DNA of 64,000 nucleotides from a virus: IMG/VR virus record IMGVR_UViG_3300012642_000011, positions 64,001 to 128,000 of that record; one strand, 5' to 3'. Shown piece by piece: positions 41,701 to 50,056 of this stretch (position 1 is its first letter; each line of letters starts with the position of its first letter). The notes under the pieces were generated by a model. It saw only the letters and a program-made list of their open reading frames with translations, ran no database searches and was not told where the DNA came from. The position numbers and the translations under genes were made by a program.

Positions 41701-43298
41701 GCGAGAAGTACAATAAATGGACGCTTTCTTCTACAATCCTTGCGGAAATCCTTAAAAACAATGATTTCACTAAGGATAATAAGGAGATTGTCCCTGACTT
41801 CGTACTCAGAGGAGACAGGTCAACACAGGTTGGCTACCTTTCGGGTCTCTATCAGGCAGATGGTTGCATTACAGGAACATCAAAGTCTGCAACCATTGAA
41901 CTGACTTCCACAAATAGGGAACTTCTCCTTGAAGTTCAGAGGATGCTATTGAACATGAACGTGTTCACTAGGCTGTACCTCTCCCGCAAGGCAGGTAAGG
42001 ATACCCTTCCTGATAGCAAGGGCGGAGAGAAGGAGTATGATGTAGCAGAAGTGTGGAATCTGAAGGCATCTGCACAGGCTGAAGTCGTTGCTCTCTATGA
42101 ACTTCTGAACTGGACAGACAGGCAGCAGAAAGCATGGCAGGAAAAGTCATTGGTATGGGATAAGAACAGAACACCATACAGCACACACCGCTACAAGGCT
42201 GTTGTCAGAGACATTGTTCCTGACGGTGTAGAGGATGTATATGATGTCACTGTAGAAGATGGTCACTCCATTATCTTCAATGGCATTGTCACAGGAAACT
42301 GTTCTGAAATTCTTCAGGTCTCAACTCCGTCAACATTTAATGAAGATGGAAACTATGACCACGTTGGAAGAGACATCTCCTGTAACCTCGCCTCTCTCAA
42401 TGTTGCCAACATGTTTGATTCACCTGATTTTGGTCAGTCAGTGGAAACAGCAGTACGTGCGCTCACAGTAGTGTCAGAACTGTCCAACATCTCATCTGCT
42501 CCATCCATTGAGCGTGGAAACCAGTTGAGTCATGCTATTGGTCTGGGTGCAATGAACCTTCACGGATTCTTTGCACGTGAGCACATCTATTACGCATCTG
42601 AGGAAGCAGTAGACTTCACCAACTTGTACTTCATGTCAGTACGTTACTACGCTATGAAGGCATCCAACAAGATGGCAAAGGAGAAGGGAAAGACATTCTT
42701 CGAGTTTGAGAAGTCAAAGTATGCTACAGGTGAGTTCTTCGACATGTACACAAACGGTCAGTACTCAGAAGTCAAGACTGAGAAGGTCAAAGAACTTCTG
42801 AAGAAGACAAGTATGCATGTGCCTACTGCTGAAGACTGGAAGCAGTTGAAGGAAGATGTGATGAGAGATGGTCTATATAATGCGTACCTGATCGCTGTTG
42901 CGCCAACAGGAAGCATCAGTTACATTTCTTATTCTACTTCTTCTATCCATCCTGTTGCTCAGAACATTGAGGCAAGGAAGGAAGGAAAGATTGGTAGAGT
43001 CTTCTACCCACAGCCATACTTGAGTGAGGAAACTCTGCCTTACTACGCTGATGCATACAAGGTAGGAACTGAAGCCATCATTGATGTGTATGCTGCTGCT
43101 ACACCTCACATTGATCAGGGTGCTTCTTTGACTCTCTTTGTGACTGATGAGGCCACAACCAGAGATCTCAATAAGGCATACATTTATGCATGGAGGAAGG
43201 GTATCAAGACGATTTACTACGTCCGTGTACGTCCTTCCACACTTGCAGGAACAGAGGTTGAGGATGCAAACTCTTACTGTGAGTCATGTCAGGTCTGA
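38718..43298 (+). CDS. nrdE: ribonucleotide reductase class Ib alpha subunit interrupted by two inteins (720-aa extein)
   Basis: AAGGAGG RBS; NrdE N-terminus ([57 protein letters not shown]), resumes [13 protein letters not shown] and THSNL...[10 protein letters not shown]; C-terminal YYVRVRPS...CESCQV. Confidence 0.9.
   Translation: [1526 protein letters not shown]
39252..40490 (+). other. intein 1 in NrdE (LAGLIDADG homing endonuclease type, 413 aa)
   Basis: begins Cys179 (CFEGDT) directly after VSC, ends ...YIAHN before +1 Cys (CFLL); LAGLIDADG-like blocks [14 protein letters not shown] and [15 protein letters not shown]. Confidence 0.8.
41121..42299 (+). other. intein 2 in NrdE (LAGLIDADG type, 393 aa) at the active-site NLC|SEI position
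   Basis: begins CVTAETQLL after THSNL, ends IVTGN before +1 Cys of CSEILQ; blocks [14 protein letters not shown] and [15 protein letters not shown]. Confidence 0.8.
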
Positions 43299-43350
43299 TC
43301 TATTTTAAATAGATAGATGTAAACTTGATGACAATTGAATAATAAGGTGA

Positions 43351-43390
43351 AAGAGGGTGAGAATCTAATTCTCACCCTCTTTTGCGTATA
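43351..43390 (+). terminator. intrinsic terminator after nrdE
   Basis: AAGAGGGTGAGAAT cta ATTCTCACCCTCTT hairpin followed by TTGCG. Confidence 0.7.
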
Positions 43391-43524
43391 CACAACTTCG
43401 CTTCTTTTGCAGAAATGATTTCCTAGTCCATGCTGGATCGGGGTTGATTGGCATCAATAGTTTAGATCGTGTGTGAGATTAGAGAATCATCATGTGTGTT
43501 CATCTGAAAACATGGGGAGGGATA

Positions 43525-44271
43525 ATGGTCAAGTATCACGTGAGCAGCAAAACTGGCGAGATGAACAGATGCAGGGCAGATAAGATTGAATGCCCCTTGG
43601 GTTCAGTACAGCATTTTGAGAACATGAAGGAGGCACATTCTTTTTCTGAGGAAGTTTTGGAGAGATCATTCTCTTCTGTGTCGTCCTTGTCTTCTACAAA
43701 TCATTCTTCTCTTGTATCAACATGGAGAAATTCTCTTTCTGATGATGAGAGGGATGCTTGGGAATCGTATGGTTCCTTTGAGCATGGTGAGATCAATGAT
43801 GCTTTGAGACGTGATGATGTGGGCAGTTTATCTGATGATCAAAGAAAAGTGATTGATAACATGGATAAAGCGTTGGCGAGGTGCCCTCGTAGAAAATCAA
43901 ATCATACTCTTTTTCGTGGGGTGAAGACAGCAAATTCCGATCTTCCTCGCAAGACTGACATGAATCCTGTAGAATGGGTGAAGAAGCATATCGGGGAGGC
44001 TGGTAACGAGGTTGTCTTCAATGAGTTCGTGTCTACTTCTACATCTGAAGACATATCTCATGAGTTCTCTGGTATGAATGCTCCTGATTATATCTCTGGT
44101 GTTCTGATGAAGATTGATACTACTCAATCAGCGAAGTGGAATGAGGATGGATCTTATGAGGAAGAGGTTACCCTTGCCAGAGGAACAAAGTTCAGGGTTA
44201 TCAGTGTTGATATGGATCACAAGGTAGAGGGATATTCAAGACCATTGATCCATCTCGAAGAGATCTCTTAA
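43525..44271 (+). CDS. arginine-specific mono-ADP-ribosyltransferase (C3/Vip2/Alt-like R-S-ExE fold)
   Basis: GGGGAGGG RBS; catalytic triad elements TLFRGV (R), FVSTSTS (STS), YEEEVTLARGTKF (ExE, aligns with C3 GQEVLLPRGTEY); upstream Y..IN..LR motif (WESYGSFEHGEINDALRR). Confidence 0.75.
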   Translation: MVKYHVSSKTGEMNRCRADKIECPLGSVQHFENMKEAHSFSEEVLERSFSSVSSLSSTNHSSLVSTWRNSLSDDERDAWESYGSFEHGEINDALRRDDVGSLSDDQRKVIDNMDKALARCPRRKSNHTLFRGVKTANSDLPRKTDMNPVEWVKKHIGEAGNEVVFNEFVSTSTSEDISHEFSGMNAPDYISGVLMKIDTTQSAKWNEDGSYEEEVTLARGTKFRVISVDMDHKVEGYSRPLIHLEEIS

Positions 44272-44378
44272 TATGAGATCGTTAATTCCAAAAACGCTTG
44301 ATGTTTTCATTGATACCGTTACACGAAAGCGCGTAAAGCGGCGAGGTCTTCAGCCTCGCTGATGTAAGCGCAAGTGTA

Positions 44379-44780
44379 TTATTTCCAGTGGCCTTGCTTT
44401 TTCAGGTACTTATCAACATGATCAGCACTCACATCGCCAATAGTAGCAGCATAATAACCACCACTCCACAAATAATGACGACCACCCCAATAAAATCTTC
44501 TCAAATGATCCCCCTGCATCTCCCACAAATGATGAGAACTCAAAGACTTCAAACGGTTCACTAAACCAGAAACAGAATAAGTCCCAGACATCCTCACTAC
44601 CAAATGAACATGATCCCCATCTTCAACAGCAACACGCTCTAACTTGCATGAAGACTTCGACACAGCATACTCAATCGCCCTCACCACATCACCCTCAATA
44701 CCACTAAAACACCCCCTACGAAACTTCGTAGCAAAAACAAAATGATAACGCAAATTCTGAACAGCACCCATCACAACCAA
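44379..44780 (-). CDS. tnpA: IS200/IS605 Y1 (HUH) transposase TnpA
   Basis: 133 aa; RYHFVFATKFRR; HUH motif GDHVHLVVRM; C-terminal catalytic Tyr region HVDKYLKKQ. Confidence 0.85.
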   Translation of the reverse strand: MVVMGAVQNLRYHFVFATKFRRGCFSGIEGDVVRAIEYAVSKSSCKLERVAVEDGDHVHLVVRMSGTYSVSGLVNRLKSLSSHHLWEMQGDHLRRFYWGGRHYLWSGGYYAATIGDVSADHVDKYLKKQGHWK

Positions 44781-44823
44781 CCTTTTGATATAATAAGATA
44801 AGATAGCCTATTATATCAAGGAG

Positions 44824-46125
44824 GTGACAATCATGGCACAACGCACAAGCGCACCAAAAACCCTCACAGAAGAAGCCAGACTTGCCAAAAACAAGAGAAT
44901 CAAAGAAGCAGGAAAAGCAACTCGTGAACGCAGAAAAACCATGATTGTCAAAGTGTATGACCTAAAAATCGTACAATCTTCCATGAATAAACAGCAAAAA
45001 GAGGCTATTAAAAGTATTTTCCATGAGGCTAAATGGATTCGCAATGCTGCCCTTGCAGCAGAACGTTTTGATCTTGACTACATCAAAGAACTCAAAGGTG
45101 AAGTTGAGGTAAAAGTCCCCAACGGAGATACTGAGAAAAGAGCAATCAAACATCTTGGAAGCCAAATGCAGCAAAGCGTGATAACTCAATTGAGCAATGA
45201 TCGCAAATCATTATCTGCATTGAAGAAGAATGGTCGCAAGATTGGAAAACTAAAGTTTGTTCGCAATGTCGATTCTATCAATCTCAAACAATATGGCGTG
45301 ACTTATGATCTGATTCCTAATTCAAAAGGGATGATGACTAAAATCCGTGTTCAGAACATTCCCGGCAGATTACGTGTTCGCGGTTATGAGCAATTGTGTG
45401 CTGATAGTCTTGAGTTTGCGAATGCTAAATTAGTGTATCGTGCTGATGGTTATCATTTAGTAGTGACCACTTATCAGCCACGAGCAGTTAAGGTTGCACC
45501 TACGAATAAAATCGGTGTGGACATGGGTGTAAAGAATGCTTTAACTCTTGATAATGGTGAGGTTGTTAACGCGATTATTACTGGCAAACAGGAGAGGATG
45601 GCGAGATTGCAGAGAAAACTGTCTCGTCAGGTAAAGAACTCCAACAGTTATCGCAAGACTTTGGCTAAGATCAAGAGAGAGTATCAGAATACTGATCATT
45701 TGAAGAATGAGTTTGCTAATCAATTAGTAAGCAGGTTAACTAAGGATAGTGTAGTGTTCTTCCAAGATGAAATGTTAGTATCGTGGAAGAACAAGAATTC
45801 GAAAGCACGTGGTTCTAAGAAGATCCATCATGGTGTGCTTGGTCGTGTTAAAGCGCGCTTGAAAAATCATGAGAATGCGGTAATGCTGCCTAAGTGGGTG
45901 GCTACTACTGCGTGGTGTTCTCCTTGTGGTGTCTTGACGAAGCATGATGTTAATATGAGTGTTTTCTTGTGTTCTTCTTGTGGTTTTAGTGAGGATCGTG
46001 ATTCTCATGCTGCGAGGAATATGGTTATTCTTGGTGAAAGGTACTTGAGTTTGGTCACCTCTGGAACGGAGGGTTGTGCTGGTGGAGGGATTGTTAGACT
46101 TAAGAATGATCTGTATAAGGTCTGA
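44824..46125 (+). CDS. tnpB: TnpB (IS605 OrfB) RuvC-like RNA-guided nuclease family
   Basis: 433 aa; RuvC-I IGVDMGV; zinc finger CSPCG...CSSCG; RuvC-III DRDSHAARNM; AAGGAGG RBS. Confidence 0.9.
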   Translation: MTIMAQRTSAPKTLTEEARLAKNKRIKEAGKATRERRKTMIVKVYDLKIVQSSMNKQQKEAIKSIFHEAKWIRNAALAAERFDLDYIKELKGEVEVKVPNGDTEKRAIKHLGSQMQQSVITQLSNDRKSLSALKKNGRKIGKLKFVRNVDSINLKQYGVTYDLIPNSKGMMTKIRVQNIPGRLRVRGYEQLCADSLEFANAKLVYRADGYHLVVTTYQPRAVKVAPTNKIGVDMGVKNALTLDNGEVVNAIITGKQERMARLQRKLSRQVKNSNSYRKTLAKIKREYQNTDHLKNEFANQLVSRLTKDSVVFFQDEMLVSWKNKNSKARGSKKIHHGVLGRVKARLKNHENAVMLPKWVATTAWCSPCGVLTKHDVNMSVFLCSSCGFSEDRDSHAARNMVILGERYLSLVTSGTEGCAGGGIVRLKNDLYKV

Positions 46126-46201
46126 TTAAGCATATTCCTGTGAAGCCAGAAACGGCGTTGTCTTTAGCATCGCCGTAGTTCATTTCTGTGTTTGATAAGA
46201 T

Positions 46202-47872
46202 ATGTTCGATTCCATTCCGTGTCGAGAAAGAGTGAGTATGATTATCATCCCTGTGCCAGTGATATTGCGGGTTTCTGATAGGCACCCTCTATTGCGATCA
46301 ATCTCTGAAACAATCGAAGTAAATAGATACGACGTTCCTTCCTATAATATCGAATATGATGACATTGATAGGGATATACTGAATATTTTACTTGAAAGTG
46401 CTGAAGAGTTAAACATCAAGTATCTGATCAAATCATTGAAGTATGCATTGAGAACTTTGGATGGTGAAGAGTTAGCAATCCCTCATCCTTGTGTATCGTT
46501 GTTCATGATCATGCACTACATTTTAAAGAACTCACATCATGGATGGGTCTATCATAAAAAAGGTTCTGACGACACTGCATACTATCAGCCTTATGCTATT
46601 GATGGAATAGGCAGGTCTTTTTCTTCAGGCGATGATATGAGTATTAATTTTGTTTCTTTTTCGATTAAAGAAGGAGCACATGTGCATTCTAAAGTGCAGC
46701 TTCTTAGATCTCGTGGATTCCCAAAGAATATCCTTCAAGAGAATGATCTCTATATTGGCAACGACGAATTGATTCAAAAGTATTATGATACTTTAGATCT
46801 CCTTTTTAATGATCAAAATGGTTTGATGCGTCAAGGGTATGGTCAGCAGATCATTGTGAACGGTGTTGAGTATGAAGAAGATATCAGAGCTGAGTATAGG
46901 TCTTCAGAGAAGTATAGTGCGCGTGTAAAGAACAGGAAGGCAGTGTTGGAATCTATTGTTACAGATAAGATTGCAAAGAATCCTTCGATTTACAAAGAGT
47001 CATATGAGAACAGCCTATATAAAAACCCGCAGAAAATAGAAGATGTGGTTGATATCCCAGCATTGCTGGATGTGAAAGTCTTTGATCTTACAGCGGAAGA
47101 ATTTCTCATATGTAGTGCTTTCAACATACAAAGATACATTTATGATGATTCTATTAAAGATAAACTCATCTTGCCTTCTGCACATAAAATGTTGATTGAT
47201 GTACTAACAAGCCAGGATTCACAAGGGATTAGTGACATCATCTATGGAAAAGGTCAAGGAACATTAATCCTTTGCAAAGGTGAACCCGGTATAGGAAAGA
47301 CATTGACTGCTCAAGTTGTCTCAGAAGTCTTACACAAGCCTTTGTACACCATGGATTCTTCTTCCATTATTTCATCATGGGACATTCGTAAAAAATTGGC
47401 TAAGTCTTATGATTTGGTTTACAAATGGAATGGAATTCTCCTCTTTGATGAAGTAGATACACTCATCAGTCGCCGTGGCACTGATCTTGAAAAGAACAGA
47501 GTAACTGCTGAACTACTTAGATCCCTCGAAGAATTCAAAGGAATCGCTTTCTTGACAACGAACAGGCCACAGGATATTGATGATGCTTTTCTATCCCGTT
47601 GCATTGCCATCATTGATTATGGCGTGCCTGTAGGTGATGATGCTATTAAGGCATGGAAATCTATCGGATTGCAGGTGATGGGAGAAGAAATCATTGATGA
47701 TGCTTTAGCAGAGGCTTTGGAGCGTGATTATCACGATATGCCCCCAAGAGACATGAGGCAGTTGTTAAGACTATCATTCCAGCTGGCAACTTATCAAGGC
47801 GAACGTGTTACAAAGGAAATCATTGATTCCTGTGCTGTCTTCAGAGGATATGCCCCACATCCTACTCTTTGA
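46202..47872 (+). CDS. AAA+ ATPase (classic AAA clade) with about 330-aa N-terminal domain of unknown function
   Basis: Walker A CKGEPGIGKTLTA; Walker B LLFDEVDTL; second region of homology TTNRPQDIDDAFLSR; the gene starts about 7 nt after the IS right end, so the true start is uncertain (an ATG at 46238 has a better RBS). Confidence 0.6.
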   Translation: MFDSIPCRERVSMIIIPVPVILRVSDRHPLLRSISETIEVNRYDVPSYNIEYDDIDRDILNILLESAEELNIKYLIKSLKYALRTLDGEELAIPHPCVSLFMIMHYILKNSHHGWVYHKKGSDDTAYYQPYAIDGIGRSFSSGDDMSINFVSFSIKEGAHVHSKVQLLRSRGFPKNILQENDLYIGNDELIQKYYDTLDLLFNDQNGLMRQGYGQQIIVNGVEYEEDIRAEYRSSEKYSARVKNRKAVLESIVTDKIAKNPSIYKESYENSLYKNPQKIEDVVDIPALLDVKVFDLTAEEFLICSAFNIQRYIYDDSIKDKLILPSAHKMLIDVLTSQDSQGISDIIYGKGQGTLILCKGEPGIGKTLTAQVVSEVLHKPLYTMDSSSIISSWDIRKKLAKSYDLVYKWNGILLFDEVDTLISRRGTDLEKNRVTAELLRSLEEFKGIAFLTTNRPQDIDDAFLSRCIAIIDYGVPVGDDAIKAWKSIGLQVMGEEIIDDALAEALERDYHDMPPRDMRQLLRLSFQLATYQGERVTKEIIDSCAVFRGYAPHPTL

Positions 47873-47913
47873 TAAACTTTAGAAGAGGTATTTTGATCAA
47901 GGAGTGAATACCA

Positions 47914-48327
47914 ATGGAATTAAACGATAGCGCTATGCCTGTACCTTTGGCTCAATATGAGGATTTCTATGCCATTAGCGAGAACCATATTGACTATGAG
48001 GACATGGAAAGCATAAATAAGTCAATTTATAATGCAAGAATGTCTTTGTTTAAGATCACCAACATTATCAACCAGTTGGAAAGAAAAGAAGCATTGGCTA
48101 AGAATACTTACGATAAGGCAATGAGGAAGGAAATCCTTTTGTCTGATAAGAAGACGGCTTCAGATCGAAAGATCCATGCTGAAATCAAGTGTGAGCATTT
48201 GGAAGAAGATTATTTCTACACTGGTCAGGCTAAGAAAGAGTATGAACGCCTTGCGCATACTTTGAGGACAGAATTGCAAGCACTTACTGTTGTCTCCAAT
48301 AACGTTCGTCAACAGATGAGGGTGTGA
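47914..48327 (+). CDS. coiled-coil hypothetical protein
   Basis: AAGGAG RBS; 137 aa. Confidence 0.4.
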   Translation: MELNDSAMPVPLAQYEDFYAISENHIDYEDMESINKSIYNARMSLFKITNIINQLERKEALAKNTYDKAMRKEILLSDKKTASDRKIHAEIKCEHLEEDYFYTGQAKKEYERLAHTLRTELQALTVVSNNVRQQMRV

Positions 48328-48333
48328 TCTATT

Positions 48334-49086
48334 TTGTCACAGGATAAGAATGTAGATAATGATCGCAATGATGACATGATTGCTGATGATAGTAGTATGG
48401 CAGAGCAGTCTTCTGAAGTTAGCGGTGAAGGTTCAACGGCTATCAGTGCTGAAACAAATCCAGAGGATGAATTTGATCCTGATGCGAGAGATTACTCTTC
48501 ATCAAAGAAAACAGGGGATAGTTCCAAGAAATCTTTGTTAAAGAGGGTTGTTTTCTTCTTTGTTTCAGTACTTCTTTTTACTATTCTCACAGGTGTTGGC
48601 ATTGCTATCTTGAGTGCTTCTCAGGGGATTTCTTTGATGAAGATCAGTGGTTCTTCCATGGAGCCTTCTTTGAGTGATGGCGATTGGGTCATCTTTGATG
48701 CAGACCCTGATGAAAAGGCAGGGCAAATTGTTTTCTTCCACAAGCCTTCCGAATGGGACAAGTACATTGACAGAGACACATACTTGGTGAAGAGAGTTGT
48801 TGGCCTTCCCAATGATGTCATTGAAGTCAAAGATAACGCTCTTTATGTATCTGGACAAAAGAAATACGATTTGAACACATCAGATTATAAATGCAATGCT
48901 CCTGATGGGTATTCACATACGGTAGGATGGAAAGAGATGTTTGTTGTAGGCGACAATTACACACAAAGTCTTGATTCGTTGCGTATTCTGTGTGATGGAA
49001 ATGCTGATAATGCTTACGTTCATCCCGATGATTACTTATTCTCAGGTCATGTAGCGAAAAAACTGAAAGGGGCTTTCTTAGGATGA
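48334..49086 (+). CDS. lepB: signal peptidase I (S26 family) with acidic N-terminal extension
   Basis: TM then SGSSMEPSL (Ser nucleophile box), VKRVVGLPNDVIEV (Lys box), VVGDNYTQSLDSL (GDN/SxDSR box). Confidence 0.75.
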   Translation: MSQDKNVDNDRNDDMIADDSSMAEQSSEVSGEGSTAISAETNPEDEFDPDARDYSSSKKTGDSSKKSLLKRVVFFFVSVLLFTILTGVGIAILSASQGISLMKISGSSMEPSLSDGDWVIFDADPDEKAGQIVFFHKPSEWDKYIDRDTYLVKRVVGLPNDVIEVKDNALYVSGQKKYDLNTSDYKCNAPDGYSHTVGWKEMFVVGDNYTQSLDSLRILCDGNADNAYVHPDDYLFSGHVAKKLKGAFLG

Positions 49087-50030
49087 GTTTTCATGTAGTC
49101 GTTGATGCTTCTGATGCATGGGTGGACAACAGAGTGACTGAAGTCTCCAATGCTCTGGTTGAAACTTTAGGAACAGACAAGAAGTATATTTCTTCTTTGC
49201 AGGATGCAGGCATGGAGTCTTTGTTTGGTGATGTTCCTGTCAGCGTTGTGCAATTAAATGATGCTTCTAGTGTAAAGTCTTTTGTTGATCAGTGGGAGAA
49301 GATGAAGGATGATGATCGTGAGGAGATTATTTCTTATGGTCTTGTTGTGGCATCCACTGTCAACAGAAACTCAACACGTAAACTTGAGTCGATAGCGAAG
49401 AAATGGGGAAGTCTTCATTTATCTAGAGAGAATTCAAAGGATAAGGTTTCTCCTGCTGAAAAGATGCTTGCGGAGACAAAACTTTCTTCCGATGTAAAGA
49501 AGTATATTCTCCAAAGAGTTGGGGATGATTATGCTCAGGCTGTTTCAGTTCTCAAGGACATTTCTTCAATTCCTCCTAAACTTCAACCTAAAGTGAGCGT
49601 TGAGGACATTGCGTTGAGAATGCCATTGCCACCAGGGTCTATTCCCCCTTGGGAGATTGAGAAACCATTAATGGATGGAGATGTCACAGAGGCAATCACT
49701 ACTTGGCGAAGGATCAGTCAGAATTCTCATCCTTTGGTTGTTACTTCATTGATGAAGAAAAAGATCTCATTGTTATTGCGAATATCCACTGTGCTTAAAA
49801 TTGAGGGGAACATCAGTAAATCTGACATGGCAGATAGACTGGGAGAAAACGATAACTATCCATTCAAGATCTCTTATGATGCTGCGAGAGCACGTCAATA
49901 TGATAAGATAGTGAAAGCATCAGAAGTCATGTTCTCTCTTGAAAAGAATCTTAAGGGAGAATCAAAGGCAGATCAGGACATTCTCATGGAGAATGCAATA
50001 ATAAATCTGTGCAGATACTTGAGGAAGTGA
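49083..50030 (+). CDS. hypothetical protein (position suggests a replication accessory protein, perhaps clamp-loader delta-like; unproven)
   Basis: 315-aa ORF overlapping both neighbours' ends; no diagnostic motif. Confidence 0.35.
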   Translation: MSFHVVVDASDAWVDNRVTEVSNALVETLGTDKKYISSLQDAGMESLFGDVPVSVVQLNDASSVKSFVDQWEKMKDDDREEIISYGLVVASTVNRNSTRKLESIAKKWGSLHLSRENSKDKVSPAEKMLAETKLSSDVKKYILQRVGDDYAQAVSVLKDISSIPPKLQPKVSVEDIALRMPLPPGSIPPWEIEKPLMDGDVTEAITTWRRISQNSHPLVVTSLMKKKISLLLRISTVLKIEGNISKSDMADRLGENDNYPFKISYDAARARQYDKIVKASEVMFSLEKNLKGESKADQDILMENAIINLCRYLRK

Positions 50031-50056
50031 GAATTAACGTGGAAAAAGAGATAGCA

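Larger units (their letters stand above)
44300..46195 (+). mobile_element. IS200/IS605-family insertion sequence (divergent tnpA and tnpB), boundaries approximate
   Basis: subterminal hairpins GCGAGGtcttcaGCCTCGC (about 44338-44362, LE) and ACGGCG...CGCCGT (about 46152-46176, RE); encodes Y1 transposase and TnpB. Confidence 0.75.
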
